Source: an uncultured delta proteobacterium
GTDB taxonomy: Bacteria > Desulfobacterota > Binatia > UBA9968
Reading direction: 5' to 3'
Length of the DNA stretch: 64,000 nucleotides
Assembly (NCBI GenBank): GCA_963745035.1
Contig: CAVUVW010000013.1
Coordinates: forward strand, 1,312,001-1,376,000
Below are positions 20,391 to 32,222 of the stretch, piece by piece (position 1 is the stretch's first letter; each line of letters opens with the position of its first letter). The position numbers and the translations under genes were made by a program. The notes beneath the pieces were generated by a model, which worked only from the letters and a program-made list of their open reading frames with translations, searched no databases and had not been told where the DNA came from.

Positions 20391-21686
20391 CTCCCGAGAT
20401 CATCGGTCTCATCGGCATCATCGCTATGCTCGTGCTTCTTGGTTTGAAGGTGCCCGTCGGCATCGCCATGATCGTGGTCTCGGCTGCCGGTTACGGCTAT
20501 ATCATCCGGCCGTCCGCCGCGCTGGCGCGTTTGGGCTCGGATCCGTTCACGAGCGTGACGAGCTACGCATTCAGCGTTATTCCGCTGTTCATTTTGATGG
20601 GACTCTTCCTCGCCAACGCCAAGCTGGGCAGCGATCTCTTTACTTTCGTGAACGCTCTTTTGGGGCGACTCCGCGGCGGGATGGCGATGGCGACCATCGG
20701 CGCCAGCGCGCTTTTCTCCTCCGTCTGCGGCTCATCGATAGCCACCGCATCGACCATTGCCACAGTGACGGTTCCAGAGATGCGCAAGTACCACTATCAC
20801 GAAGGCCTCGCCGCCGGCGCCGCGGCTGCGGGAGGGACCCTTGGGCATTCTTATTCCGCCGAGCGCCGCTCTGGTTCTCTACGGTATCTTGACCGAAGAG
20901 CCGATCGGCAAGCTGCTGATTGCTGGTCTTTTGCCGGGGATCATGACCGCAGTCATCTTGATGATAGCCGCCTACCTGGTCGCGTTTTTCAAACCTCATC
21001 TCGCTCCCCTTGGCGCCGCAACCGAGCGGCCCGCGATCTGGCCAGCGCTGCGCAAAACCTGGGCGATACCCGCCATCTTCGCGACCAGTATCGGCGGCAT
21101 CTATGGAGGTATATTTACTCCGACCGAAGCCGGAGCGGTCGGCGCGTTTCTCTCGCTAGTGTTTACGGGAATTACCGGGCGCCTGTCATGGTCCTCATTC
21201 GTCGGCGCCTGCCAGCAGACGGCGCGCGTGACCGCGGTGATTTTTCTCATCGTCGTAGGCGGCAAGATGTTCGGTTATTTTCTTACCGTTACCCGCATTC
21301 CGCTCGTGATCACGAGCTTTATCGCTGCTCTGGAGGTTTCCCCTCTCGCCGTGATTTTTCTATTGTTCGCGCTTTATTTTGTCATGGGGGCTCTCATGGA
21401 TGAGATCGCCATCCTCGTCATCATGACTCCCATCGTCTATCCGCTGATCACCAAGCTGGGATACGATGGAGTTTGGTTCGGCGTGCTCACGATCATGATG
21501 CTGCTCACCGGACTGTTGACGCCGCCCGTGGGGCTCCTGAGCTTCATCGTGAGCGGTCTCACGGGAGTGCCGCTAAACAAAGTTTATGCCGGCGTCACAC
21601 CCTTCTGGATCGCTCTGATCGTCGCCATCTCTCTGGTGATTGTCTTTCCGGAAATCGTGCTGTTCCTGCCGAGATTAATGAAGTAA
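20387..21686 (+). CDS. dctM: TRAP transporter large permease DctM (frameshift near 20840)
   Basis: IPLFILMG, GSSIATAS, GILIPPS, FTPTEAG, LTPPVG. Confidence 0.9.
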
Positions 21687-21747
21687 TTGAAACCACCGCG
21701 CGGATCAAATGCGCATGGGACGTCTAACAGGGTGTTAAAAAACCCTG

Positions 21748-21900
21748 ATCTCAGGCTGTTCAAAATCCCGTTGCCCAGTCATCTCAATATTCGCCGACTT
21801 TTTCAAAGGGCGCGCTGGGTTTCACGCCGCGGCGCGCGCTTGCCGCTCGCGATGTCACGAAGGAACTCGCCTATTTTCGCGCGAGAAATTTGTTAGCCTG
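21748..21900. mobile_element. Degenerate MITE-like element, possibly related to 29193-29368
   Basis: Left end CAGGCTGTTCAAAA, right end TTTGTTAGCCTG, non-coding. Confidence 0.35.
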
Positions 21901-21905
21901 ACTCT

Positions 21906-22844
21906 GTGAAACGTAGCGTCGCGATTGCCGATCAACGCTCAGCGGCGCCGGTGACATCGCGTACGGTGGCGGTCGTCAACTGCTCGTCCGGCGCACCGCT
22001 GGACGGCCACCCCGACGAGCGGTTGCGCGAGATTTTGCAGGCCCGGCAATTACCCTGGGAAGTGTGGCCGGCGCGCGACGGCGCGGAGCTGTGCAACCTG
22101 GCGCGCAAGGCGGCGGCCAGCGACGCCCGCGTTGTCGTGGCGGCAGGCGGCGACGGCACGTTAAATACGGTAGGCTCCTGCCTCGCGGGCGGCGATAAGA
22201 TCCTCGGCGTTCTGCCCCTCGGCACGCTCAATCACTTCGCCAAAGACCTCGGCATTCCGCTGGAGCTCGGCGCCGCCATCGAGAACATCGCCGCCGGCCG
22301 GGTGGCGAGCGTCGACGTCGGCGAGGTCAACGGCCGGGTGTTTTTCAATAATTCGAGCATCGGTCTCTATCCCAGAATGGTCCGGCGCCGAGAGGCACGG
22401 CGCAAGCGGGGTCGGTCCAAATGGATCGCTGTGTCCTCGGCGCTGTTTCGCACTTTGAAACAATACGCGGCGTTTCGCGTCCGCGTCACCGCCGACGGGC
22501 GGCGCTTCAGCCGGCGGACGCCGATCCTGTTCGTCGGCAACAACGAATACCAAATCGAGGGACGGAGTTTCGGCGCGCGCAGGCGTTTGGACAGCGGCAA
22601 GCTGTACCTTTACGCGCTGCACAACACCGGACCCTGGGGACTGCTCAAGTTCGCGCTGAGAGCGCTGCTGAGCCGCGCTTGGCGCATCAAGGATTTTGAT
22701 GCGCTGGCGGCGCGCGAGATTATGGTGGAGCTCCGCCGTGAACGAGTCAGGGTGGCTTTGGATGGGGAGATTACCGAGCTCGAAACGCCGCTGCGCTACC
22801 GGATTCGCAGCGGCGCGCTGCGGGTGATCGTCCCAGCCGTCTGA
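21906..22844 (+). CDS. Diacylglycerol kinase family (YegS/DAGK) lipid kinase
   Basis: GGDGT, LPLGTLNHFAKDLG, LDGE. Confidence 0.9.
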   Translation: MKRSVAIADQRSAAPVTSRTVAVVNCSSGAPLDGHPDERLREILQARQLPWEVWPARDGAELCNLARKAAASDARVVVAAGGDGTLNTVGSCLAGGDKILGVLPLGTLNHFAKDLGIPLELGAAIENIAAGRVASVDVGEVNGRVFFNNSSIGLYPRMVRRREARRKRGRSKWIAVSSALFRTLKQYAAFRVRVTADGRRFSRRTPILFVGNNEYQIEGRSFGARRRLDSGKLYLYALHNTGPWGLLKFALRALLSRAWRIKDFDALAAREIMVELRRERVRVALDGEITELETPLRYRIRSGALRVIVPAV

Positions 22845-22863
22845 AGCCGGATATCGAAACAAC

Positions 22864-23679
22864 ATGCGCGCGCTCGTCCATCTTTCCGATCTCCACTTCG
22901 GGAGCGTCCGCACCGCGCTCATCGAGCCGCTTATTGAAACGGTGCGCCGGATCCAACCCAGCCTGATCGCAATATCCGGCGATCTCACCCAGCGCGCGCG
23001 ACCGCAGCAATTTCGCGACGCGCGCTCGTTTCTGGACCGTCTGGCGGCGCCGCGCATCGTAGTTCCCGGCAATCACGACGTGCCGCTATATAACCTCTTT
23101 GCCCGGTTCCGCGGACTCGCCGGATACCGCCGCTATCTGGCGCGCGATTTGGAGCCGTTTTACCGCGACGGAGAGCTCGCCGTTCTCGGCGTCAACACCG
23201 CTCGCGCCCTCGCTTTCAAGGGCGGCCGGATCAACAAGCGACAGGTGATGCGCGCCGCCGCCCTGCTCGCCGATCAGCCCGAAGCCGTGACCAAGATCAT
23301 CGTGTCGCATCATCCGTTCGACTTGCCCGAAACGTATCGCCGCAGAGCCCTGGTGGGCCGAGCGCATATGGCGGTTGAGCGGCTGAACGACTGTCGGGTC
23401 GATCTCTATCTCGCCGGCCATTTTCATATCGGCGGCGCCGCGCCCACCGCCTTTCGCGTTCCCGTCAACGGCTTTTCCTCGGTCATCGTGCAAGCCGGCA
23501 CGGCGCTGTCGGATCGCACGCGCGGCGAGCCGAATGCTTTCAACGTCATTCGCATCGATCCGCCCAGGCTGTCGGTCGAGCGCTTCGAGTGGGCGGCCGC
23601 GCGCGCTTCTTTCACGGTCGCGGAAACGCTCTACTTCCAGCGCGGCCCGTCGGGTTGGGCGCACCGATCCGCGCCGTGA
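22864..23679 (+). CDS. Calcineurin-like metallophosphoesterase
   Basis: SDLHFG, GDLT, PGNHD, HH, GHFH. Confidence 0.9.
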   Translation: MRALVHLSDLHFGSVRTALIEPLIETVRRIQPSLIAISGDLTQRARPQQFRDARSFLDRLAAPRIVVPGNHDVPLYNLFARFRGLAGYRRYLARDLEPFYRDGELAVLGVNTARALAFKGGRINKRQVMRAAALLADQPEAVTKIIVSHHPFDLPETYRRRALVGRAHMAVERLNDCRVDLYLAGHFHIGGAAPTAFRVPVNGFSSVIVQAGTALSDRTRGEPNAFNVIRIDPPRLSVERFEWAAARASFTVAETLYFQRGPSGWAHRSAP

Positions 23680-23819
23680 AGCGTGACGTTTGGCCTCGTC
23701 CCACAATCGGCAACCGCTCTGCTTGCCCACTGTCCTAAGTTTGTTGCAGCGCCGTTTGATGAAGAATCGCAGCGCGCCGCTCTCCCCCGATCGCGAGCGG
23801 CATTTCCCGGTGGCACCCG

Positions 23820-23835
23820 TGGCACACCCTTTGCG
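23820..23835 (+). promoter_or_regulatory. sigma54 (-24/-12) promoter
   Basis: TGGCAC-ACCCT-TTGCG, exact GG-N10-GC spacing, about 85 bp upstream of ATG23920. Confidence 0.65.
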
Positions 23836-23919
23836 GTTTTCCCTTTGCGATTCCATTGCCGAGTTGATTCGCTTCGGGTTTGGCACATCGGAAAGTAAAA
23901 TCTCTTAACGGAGGACGGT

Positions 23920-24978
23920 ATGGCAAAGTCAGAACTTTCGGAAGGAGAAAACCGCCGTTTCGAGCCGGCAACGGCGGATTACGAAACGATGCGTGACGAG
24001 CGCTATGAGCGCTCATCGCTTGGAGCGCACGGCGGACTGGAGCGAAACGGCAGGCGGCGTATCGACGGCGATGCCGCTCAGGCGCAGCGGCTTGCGCGCG
24101 CGCTGGGCTGGTTCAGCATCGGTCTCGGCGTCACCGAAGTGGCGGCAGCCGGCGCCGTGGCGCGCTTAGTCGGAATCAATGGCCGCCGCGGGCTGGTGCG
24201 CGCGCTGGGCGCGCGCGAGATCGCCCACGGTATCGGCATACTCAGCCGGCGCATGCCCACCGGCTGGGTATGGTCTCGCGTTTTAGGGGACGTCGTCGAC
24301 CTGGCCGTGCTCGGCAGAGCCGCCGCTTTGCCGCAAGCGAACCGTCTCAGAGTGGCGGCGGCCGCGGCGGCGATCACCGGTGTTACCGTGCTCGATTTCA
24401 AGGCCGGCCAGCAGCTGAGCCGCGCCGCCGAAGAAATCGAGGAAGACGAATCCATTCACATCGTCAAAAGCATCCACATCAACCGGCCCGCCGAGGAGAT
24501 CTACCGCTTCTGGCGCGATTTCGAAAATCTTCCGCGTGTCATGCAACACCTGGAGTCGGTGGCGGTTACGGGAGAAAGGCGGTCGCGCTGGGTGGCCAAG
24601 GGACCTGCGGGCGCGACCATCGAGTGGGAAGCTGAAACCGTCGAAGATCGTCCCAACGAAGCGATCGCGTGGCGCTCCATCGAAGGCGCAACGGTCGAAA
24701 ATTCCGGATCGGTAAAGTTCGCGCCTGCCCACGGCGGGCGCGGCACGCTGGTGATTATCCGATTGGACTACAACCCGCCGGCAGGCCTCGTCGGCGCCGC
24801 CGTCGCCAAGCTTTTCGGCGAAGAGCCGGCGCTGCAGATCGAAGAGGACCTGCGCCGGCTGAAACAGATCATGGAAACCGGCGAGGTAATTACCACGGAA
24901 GGCCAACCCGCCGGACGCGCCAAAAGCACGTCGTGGAAATACGACTATGCGGGCCGCCGGCTCGCCGCGGCTTTTTGA
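23920..24978 (+). CDS. SRPBCC cyclase/dehydrase family protein with N-terminal membrane region
   Basis: LGWFSIGLG; [26 protein letters not shown]. Confidence 0.9.
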   Translation: MAKSELSEGENRRFEPATADYETMRDERYERSSLGAHGGLERNGRRRIDGDAAQAQRLARALGWFSIGLGVTEVAAAGAVARLVGINGRRGLVRALGAREIAHGIGILSRRMPTGWVWSRVLGDVVDLAVLGRAAALPQANRLRVAAAAAAITGVTVLDFKAGQQLSRAAEEIEEDESIHIVKSIHINRPAEEIYRFWRDFENLPRVMQHLESVAVTGERRSRWVAKGPAGATIEWEAETVEDRPNEAIAWRSIEGATVENSGSVKFAPAHGGRGTLVIIRLDYNPPAGLVGAAVAKLFGEEPALQIEEDLRRLKQIMETGEVITTEGQPAGRAKSTSWKYDYAGRRLAAAF

Positions 24979-24998
24979 CTCTGCGAAGGAGAAAAACC

Positions 24999-26172
24999 AT
25001 GAAAGCAAACTGCTGGTACGGCAAACACGACGTGCGCGTCGAAGAAGTCAACGATCCGAAGATTTTGAACCGGCGCGACGCGGTGATCAAGATCACCAAG
25101 ACGGCGATCTGCGGCTCCGATCTCCATCTATACAACGGCCTGATTCCGACCATGGAAGCCGGTGACATCCTCGGCCACGAATTCATGGGCGAAGTTGTCG
25201 AGTGCGGGCCGGAAGTGCACAGGCTGCAAGATCGGCGACCGCGTCGTGGTTGCGTTCCCGATCTCGTGCGGCAACTGCTTCTTCTGTCAGAAGGAGCTGT
25301 TTTCGCTCTGCGAGAATTCCAATCCGAACGCGCCGCTCGCGGAAAAGCTGTTCGGACATTCGCCCGCCGGTCTGTTCGGCTACTCGCACATGCTCGGCGG
25401 ATTCGCCGGCGGTCAGGCGCAGTACGCGCGCGTGCCGTTTGCCGATATCGGCGCGCTCAAGATCCCGAACGGAATCCCGGACGAGAAAGTGCTGTTTCTT
25501 TCGGATATTTTTCCGACCGGATACATGGCGGCCGAGAATTGCAACATTCAGCCCGGCGATACGGTGGCGGTGTGGGGCTGCGGTCCGGTGGGGCAGTTCG
25601 CGATCGCCAGCGCCAAACTGCTCGGCGCGGAGCGGGTCATTGCCATCGACCGTTTTCCCGAGCGGCTGCGCATGGCGGCCGACAAAGCCGGCGCCGCCGC
25701 CACGATAAACTACGAAGAGGACAGTGTGTACGAAACGTTGATGGAAATGACCGGCGGCCTCGGACCCGACGCGTGCATCGACGCCGTCGGCATGGAAGCC
25801 CATGCGCCGGGTCTGCTGGGCGCCTACGACCGGGTCAAGCAGAGCGTCATGCTCGAATCGGACCGGCCTTACGTTTTTCGCCAGGCGATCATGGCCTGCC
25901 GCAAAGGCGGCACGGTCTCGGTGCCGGGGGTGTACGGCGGGTTCGACGACAAGATTCCCCTGGGTTCATTGGTGAACAAGGGACTGACCCTTAAAACCGG
26001 ACAGACCCACGTCCAACATTATTGGGAGCCGCTGCTGCAAAGAATCGAAAACGGAGACATCGATCCGAGCTTCGTAATCACCCATCGCATGCAGTTGGAG
26101 GATGCGCCGAGGGGTTACGATATTTTTCTCAACAAACAGCAGGACTGCATCAAAGTCGTGCTGACGCCGTAG
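24999..26172 (+). CDS. Zinc-dependent alcohol/formaldehyde dehydrogenase (frameshift near 25220)
   Basis: [35 protein letters not shown]. Confidence 0.9.
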
Positions 26173-26279
26173 ACGAAACTTCGTCGCCGTGTGCGGATCC
26201 GGACACACCGCTCGCGGTTGTTCGGAAAGTCATCGGCACAGGGCGTTTTTGGTCATACCGATCGCGCTTGAACTCCCGC

Positions 26280-27683
26280 TCAGGCGCGCAGCAGCGGGCG
26301 CAGGCTGCGCACGTCGCGCACCTTCTCGAGAGTCCAGATCGTGTCGCAGAGCTTGCGCGCGCGCAAGCGGCCAATCACCGAAGCCGCCAGGTCGTAGCAT
26401 TTTTCGTCGACCTCGCTCCGCTCCATCGGATTTTCGGCACTGCCGCGCACGGCCGTAACGTGATGCCTCAACTCGCGCCCGTCGCGCAGCGTGATCTCGA
26501 CAATTCCCTGCCGGCTCGGCATCGCCGCGGACAGCGCGTCATCGCCGCGCAACTCGATGCGGCGGCGCAGCGCCAGCACCTCCCGGTCGCGCATGCGCTT
26601 TTCGTCGTGCGAGGACGCAAACGTGATCTTGCCGTCGATTAACATGACCGCGCACATGTGCTGCATGCAGATGTCGGGCATGGCGCGGTTGTCCACGGTA
26701 TTTGCGCCCTGGTGCGCCACCCGCACGATGACTCGCTCGACGTCTTCCGCGCTGATTTTGTGCGCCTGGATGAGATCGCGCAGTGCATCGAGCGGCGCCT
26801 GGATGGGTGAGCCCACCGACCAGCGTTTGATATTCGTCTTCATGATTTCATAAACGGTCCCGAGCCCGCGCGTCAATACGGCGGGATCCGGTTTGCGGCC
26901 GTACGCGACGAAGAAGTTGCGTTCGCCGGCGAACACGTCATCGACGCCGGTGAAACCGTGAGCGACCATGGTCGCCGCCGCCACGCCGTTCCGCGCCGGC
27001 ATGCCGCCGAAGTCGAATGCTTTTTCGACGTGTTCTCCGTCGCGCATCCAGCACGAGATGCCCGAGGCTTGTTGGGCGGTGAAAGAGAGCAGATGGCGCA
27101 CTTGGCGCTCTCGGAGGCCCGCCAGTGCGCCGGCCGCCGCGGCGGCGCCGAACATCGGCCCGAAGCTGTGGGTCGAATGGCCATCTTCGCGGAATCGGGT
27201 CGCGTCGAGGGATTGCGTCAAGCGGCAACAGATGTCGTAGCCGAGCGCAACGGCGCGGAGCAGCGCGGTGCCGTGGCGCCGCTCGCGCTCCGCCATGGCG
27301 AGAGCGGCAGGCACGACGCCGCAGCCCGGATGAGTCTGTGACGGCGCATGGGAATCGTCGGTTTCATCGGCGTGCGCGAGCATGCCGTTGGCCAAGGCGG
27401 CGTTTACGGCCGTGGTCATGAGATTGCTGCCTACGACGCAGGCTTCTTTGACGCCGCCAAGGGTTTGGACATAGCCGATCGCTTTCTTTCCGGGTGGGAG
27501 GCGAGACCCGGAAATCATCGCGACGATCGTGTCGAGGATATGATGCTTGGTCTTTTCGACGACGGCGTTGGGAAGCGGCTTGCGCGGCGCCGACGCGATG
27601 TAAGCGCTGAGCTCGCCCATTATAGGTGAGATCACCGGCTGCGGTTTTTTCAAAAGCGCATCCTTCGTCGCTTCGCTCCCCAT
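26280..27683 (-). CDS. MmgE/PrpD family protein
   Basis: AHADETDDSH, HPG, RGSAENP. Confidence 0.9.
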   Translation of the reverse strand: MGSEATKDALLKKPQPVISPIMGELSAYIASAPRKPLPNAVVEKTKHHILDTIVAMISGSRLPPGKKAIGYVQTLGGVKEACVVGSNLMTTAVNAALANGMLAHADETDDSHAPSQTHPGCGVVPAALAMAERERRHGTALLRAVALGYDICCRLTQSLDATRFREDGHSTHSFGPMFGAAAAAGALAGLRERQVRHLLSFTAQQASGISCWMRDGEHVEKAFDFGGMPARNGVAAATMVAHGFTGVDDVFAGERNFFVAYGRKPDPAVLTRGLGTVYEIMKTNIKRWSVGSPIQAPLDALRDLIQAHKISAEDVERVIVRVAHQGANTVDNRAMPDICMQHMCAVMLIDGKITFASSHDEKRMRDREVLALRRRIELRGDDALSAAMPSRQGIVEITLRDGRELRHHVTAVRGSAENPMERSEVDEKCYDLAASVIGRLRARKLCDTIWTLEKVRDVRSLRPLLRA

Positions 27684-27753
27684 AGTCGGCGCATGGGTCG
27701 CCGATTCACCAAATCCAGGTTTGGAAGATGGCCGGTAGCGATTCTTTCCACGC

Positions 27754-29081
27754 TCACTCGAAAACGAGATTGCCCCGTGAGTCGCGGATCAGCCCCCTCC
27801 CGTCGATCGAGGACGGCATGTTCTCGGGACCGATTTTAAGCTCGTCGATCTTTACGTGGCCGTGGAATGTGTCCACTTCGAGCATGCCGTTGTCCGCGCG
27901 CAGCGGCGCCCTTTGGGATCTTTGCCCTGGGCGACGTCATCCATCGCCTTGTGCCAGATCCGCCGCATCATGATGACGCCGCGATCGGAGCTGGCGAGAT
28001 GCTCGAGCCGGCGCTCGGGTATCGCGCCTTGGGATTCCTGCAGGACCAGATCTTCCAGAGCGGGAATGCCTTCCCAGTTCGAATACTTCCTCTTGTCGTA
28101 GCTCTTTTTCTCGACGGTGCCCTGCAGACCTTGTGGCAGGCCGAAGATCCAGGCGCCTTGAAAATTTCCTTTGCGCATCAGGTTGTAGCGAAACAGCTCG
28201 AAGTGAGTGTCGTCGATGATGCGAATCATGCCGCCGCCCTCTTGACGCTCGTCGGTGAAATCCGGCGGAAAACCGGAGCGGATGCCGGAGAAGCGCCAGT
28301 GGATCGGGATCGCCATGCTCCAGGTATTGACGAACTTGACGTCAGGATCGCCGGTGTCGAGCACGCGACACCGTTTTCATGCCGTATTCGGTTTCCACGT
28401 GCTCGAGCGGCAGGGGCATCCAGTTTTTTATCGTTTCGTCATTGTATGGTTTGAGCTCGGGCGGGACGTCACGCACTTCCAGACCATGCAGAATGACCGC
28501 GTGGCCCATGTCGGCGAAATTTTCCATCCAGTTGAGATAATTGTAATTGCGCACGTCGCCGTGCGACGATGCGCACCTCGCCGTCGGTGCGAGCCAGCAC
28601 GTCGATCTTCGGGAGCGGCGGTGGATTTTCTTTTTCCGGTCCCATGTAGGTCCAAACGACGCCGCCCCACTCCTGCACCGGATACCAAAGATGACGAATA
28701 TTCGACTTCAGATCGCTATCGCGCGGCTCCAACGGCTGATCGATGCAGCGTCCCTTAACGTCGTATTTCCAACCGTGATACGAGCACATGAGGCCGTCTT
28801 CGCGCACCTGGCCGTACTCCAAGCGAAGCGAGCCGATGCGGACAACGAATACCCAGCAAGCCCCGCCGTCCTTTGCCGTCGCGAAATGCAACCAAGTCCT
28901 CGCACAACATTCTCACGGCAACCGGGATATCCTTGAGATTGGCCGACAAACAGACGGGATGCCAATAACGCCGCAGCATCTCTCCCGCTCGGGTGCCCGG
29001 CCCTGTGCGTGGCAGCTCATCGAGCAGTCTTTGGTAAGCGCTTAGCCCCGGAGCCGCGCTGTCCGCTTTCGCATCAGCCAT
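27754..29081 (-). CDS. Rieske non-heme iron oxygenase (phthalate 4,5-dioxygenase-like), several frameshifts
   Basis: LRRYWHPV, CPHR...CSYHGW, ENFADMGHAVILH, EHLASSDRGV spread across frames. Confidence 0.8.
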
Positions 29082-29192
29082 TTCTTGGACCTCCACATTG
29101 GTAAGCCATGCAGCAAAATTACAAAGATAGCCGGTTGGCTGTCAATAACTCGCGGCAGTGAGCTATTCTAGCCATTGGACGAAACCCGGATG

Positions 29193-29368
29193 GCAGGCTG
29201 CTCAAAAAGATCTCAGAGGCGAGGCGCGCGAAAAATCGATCCTTCGGCTTCGCTCAGGACAGGCTAGGCTCCAGGCGTACATCGGCAGTACGCTGACGCG
29301 AGGCGATTGAGCGCACCCTTCGACGGTGCTCAGGGCAATCGGCATGTGAGTCTTTTTCAGCAGCCTGC
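29193..29368. mobile_element. MITE-like element with 18-bp terminal inverted repeats
   Basis: GCAGGCTGCTCAAAAAGA ... TCTTTTTCAGCAGCCTGC (17/18); 176 bp, non-coding, between divergent genes. Confidence 0.75.
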
Positions 29369-29450
29369 TGGCCATTGACCGCGAACGATATGCATTGCTA
29401 AAGTGCGGTTGAATCGAGGAACGACTAGCTCCCTTACTCGGAGGTGAACT

Positions 29451-30570
29451 ATGGCCATCGGATTATCCCACGGCGGAACCAATGTTTATTCGGCGGCGAC
29501 AAGCTCACGCGAGCTTTGGGTCGCAACCCAGGACGGACTGGTACTATTCGAGCGCGGCGACAATGGCAAATGGCGTGAGTCGCGGCGCAGCCTGCGCGGC
29601 AATCATATCAGCTCGATCATCTTCGAGCGCCAACAGCGGCACCATGTTCGCCGGCGCATTCTTCGGCTCGATTCACGCCAGCGCGGACGGCGGAAAGACC
29701 TGGGAGCGGCGTGACAACGGTATGGGGATTCACGACGTTTACAGTCTCGCTTCGACCGTCGTCGACGGCAAAGTACGAGTCTATGCCGGCACCCAACCGG
29801 CGCATCTTTTCGTGAGCGAAGATCTGGGCCTGCACTGGAGCGAGATCCCCTCTCTGCGCAACGTGCCGTCTGCCGCACAGTGGTCGTTTCCGGCGCCGCC
29901 GCACATCGCCCACACGAAATTTATCACCTTCGATCCACACAACTCGAAAACAATCTATGCCTGCATCGAACAGGGCGCATTCTTAAAGAGCACCGATGAG
30001 GGAAAAAGCTGGGCCGAGCTCAACACCGTCGGCTTTTACAAGGACAAGGACCGACCGGTGGAGCACTTCTATGATGTGCACCGCTGCTTGATCGATCCCC
30101 GCGATCCGAGCAAAATTTACGTCACCGGCGGCGCTGGGCTTTACGTTACGAATAGCGGCGGCGGAAGTTGGGAGCGCTGGACCGCGTCTGACTGGGCCGC
30201 TGACGTCTACCCCGACGGCTTCACCTGGAATCCGAAAAATCCCGATCTCATGTTCGTCGCGGCGGCCGAACACAATCCCGTGACCTGGCGGAAAGCCGGC
30301 CCGCAGGCGCGCGCCGAAGGAAAGATTTACCGCAGCGAAGACTGCGGCAGGAATTGGCAACGCCTCGCGGGCGGGCTGCCGGAAAGCCTGAAGCATGAAT
30401 TCGGGGCGCTCTGTCTCGAAGAAACCAACGGTACCTGTTCGATCTTCGGCGGTACCACCGGCGGCGAAGTTTTTTGCAGCGAAGACAATGGCGAGAGCTG
30501 GACGCTGATCACTTCGGACCTGGCGCCGATTTCCAAGAAGGGACACGAGAGGCTGCTGGCGGCGAGCTGA
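29451..30570 (+). CDS. BNR/Asp-box beta-propeller protein (frameshift near 29630)
   Basis: SADGGKTW, SEDLGLHW, STDEGKSW, SEDNGESW; WSFPAPPHIAH. Confidence 0.8.
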
Positions 30571-30949
30571 ATCAATTCATCGACGAGCGCATAGGAGATT
30601 TGTCGCTTCTCCCCCCTCCACTCCCGTCAGGGGAGAATTGGAGAGTCTCAACCGCTTCATTGCAGACGCGACATCTGAGCCACGCCAGCTTCGAGCAAGT
30701 GACGCGCTCGGACGAGACGCGCGCGAGACTTCCGGCGACATTGCTCGCTTTCTGTCAAGCCAGCTGCGTCACGGCGGTGGCTCAAGGAAATTTCAAATCC
30801 GCATCGGTTTCTCCAGAAAGCAGTTGATGCACGAGCTCGACGCCGCTGGCGCGCGAAACCCGACGCGAAGTTATCTGTTCTTCCTCGACGGAAGCTGCCC
30901 GCTTCATCCTCGCCATCGGCACGAGGAAACGTCCGGAGGGACTTCTGCC

Positions 30950-32125
30950 ATGAGCACCGATCCTCGCACAGGCACTCTGTCTGAAACCGTCGCCGCACGA
31001 GGCCCGAACCGGCCGCTTCACACTCAGGGCGGCTCGGCGAATTATCTGGAGAAATCCCTCGCCGCGGCGGCCGAACCTTTCAAAGGCATCAGCGTCGATG
31101 GCAACATCATCCCAAATCTCTTCGGCGTCCAAAAGACCGGAGTGGCGACCCAATCGATCCGCGAAGCCGCCGAAGCATTTCTCGGATCACTGAATTTCCA
31201 GCAACGCGCCACAACGGTTTTTCCCGTGGATACCGATCAGTGGCGCAAGTGGAGCAACATCCATCCAACCCTCATGCGCCACGGCATGCCACTCTTCGAG
31301 ATGAACGACGGCCAGCGCGATCGCGCCTTTGCGCTGTTGCGTGAGAGCTTGAGCCAACGAGGCTTCGAGGAAGCTCTCGACATCATGCACCTAAACGAAA
31401 CTGTCCAGGAAATGACGGGCAGACTGAGCGAATACGGCGAGGACCTTTATTGGCTGAGCATCATGGGAAGTCCTTCGGCCACCGAACCCTGGGGCTGGCA
31501 ATGGGACGGCCATCATTTGAACATCAATTATTTCGTGCTCGGCGATCAGGTAGTCATGACACCGAACTTCCTGGGCGCCGAGCCGGTGCACGCGACGACC
31601 GGCAAGTACGCCGGCTTGAGAGTTTTTCAAGACGACGAAGACTTCGGTTTGGCATTGGCTCGCACCCTTTCCGAGAGCCAACGCGCCAAGACGGTCATCG
31701 CACCGGAAACTGCGGGCGAGGATTTTACCACTGCGTTTCGTGACAATTTGGTCCTGGACTATGCGGGCATTCGCTTCAATGAGCTGTCAGACGCGCAGCA
31801 CGAACTTCTCGTCAACCTCGTCGGCTACCATGTCGGCAGAATACGAGATGGTCACGCGCGCATAAAAATCGACGAAGTGAAGCGCCATCTAGTGGACACC
31901 TATTTCTGCTGGATGGGCGGCATGGAAGACGAGAGCACATTCTATTACCGCGTCCAAAGTCCCGTGATCATCGTCGAGTTCGACCACCAGCGCGGCATCG
32001 CGTTCCGCGAGCACACCAAGCCCTACAAGGACCACATCCACGTCATCGTGCGCACGCCCAACGGCAACGACTACGGCAAGGATCTGCTGCGCCAGCACTA
32101 CCAGCACGGCCATCATGCGAGGTAG
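30950..32125 (+). CDS. DUF3500 domain protein
   Basis: WGWQWDGHHLNIN, YYRVQSP..IVEFD, HIHVIVRTPNGNDYG. Confidence 0.85.
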   Translation: MSTDPRTGTLSETVAARGPNRPLHTQGGSANYLEKSLAAAAEPFKGISVDGNIIPNLFGVQKTGVATQSIREAAEAFLGSLNFQQRATTVFPVDTDQWRKWSNIHPTLMRHGMPLFEMNDGQRDRAFALLRESLSQRGFEEALDIMHLNETVQEMTGRLSEYGEDLYWLSIMGSPSATEPWGWQWDGHHLNINYFVLGDQVVMTPNFLGAEPVHATTGKYAGLRVFQDDEDFGLALARTLSESQRAKTVIAPETAGEDFTTAFRDNLVLDYAGIRFNELSDAQHELLVNLVGYHVGRIRDGHARIKIDEVKRHLVDTYFCWMGGMEDESTFYYRVQSPVIIVEFDHQRGIAFREHTKPYKDHIHVIVRTPNGNDYGKDLLRQHYQHGHHAR

Positions 32126-32181
32126 AGGCAGACTCCCGTGCCTTCTCTCCCCGATGGGCAACCATAGGAGGTTGCCCCTAC
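32122..32181. repeat. REP-like element (GTAG ... GGGCAACC-GGTTGCCCCTAC)
   Basis: GTAG/CTAC ends with an internal GC hairpin; related to 39658-39686. Confidence 0.55.
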
Positions 32182-32222
32182 ATAAGATTCGGACTCGCAC
32201 CGAATCAGCGAGGGAGCTATAA

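Noticed and set aside
30638-30949. Long N-terminal extensions in the ORF track (also 8405-8731, 17519-17707, 58712-58864)
   Set aside because: Downstream ATGs fit family boundaries better and mostly have RBS-like sequences; extensions look non-coding or overlap other genes
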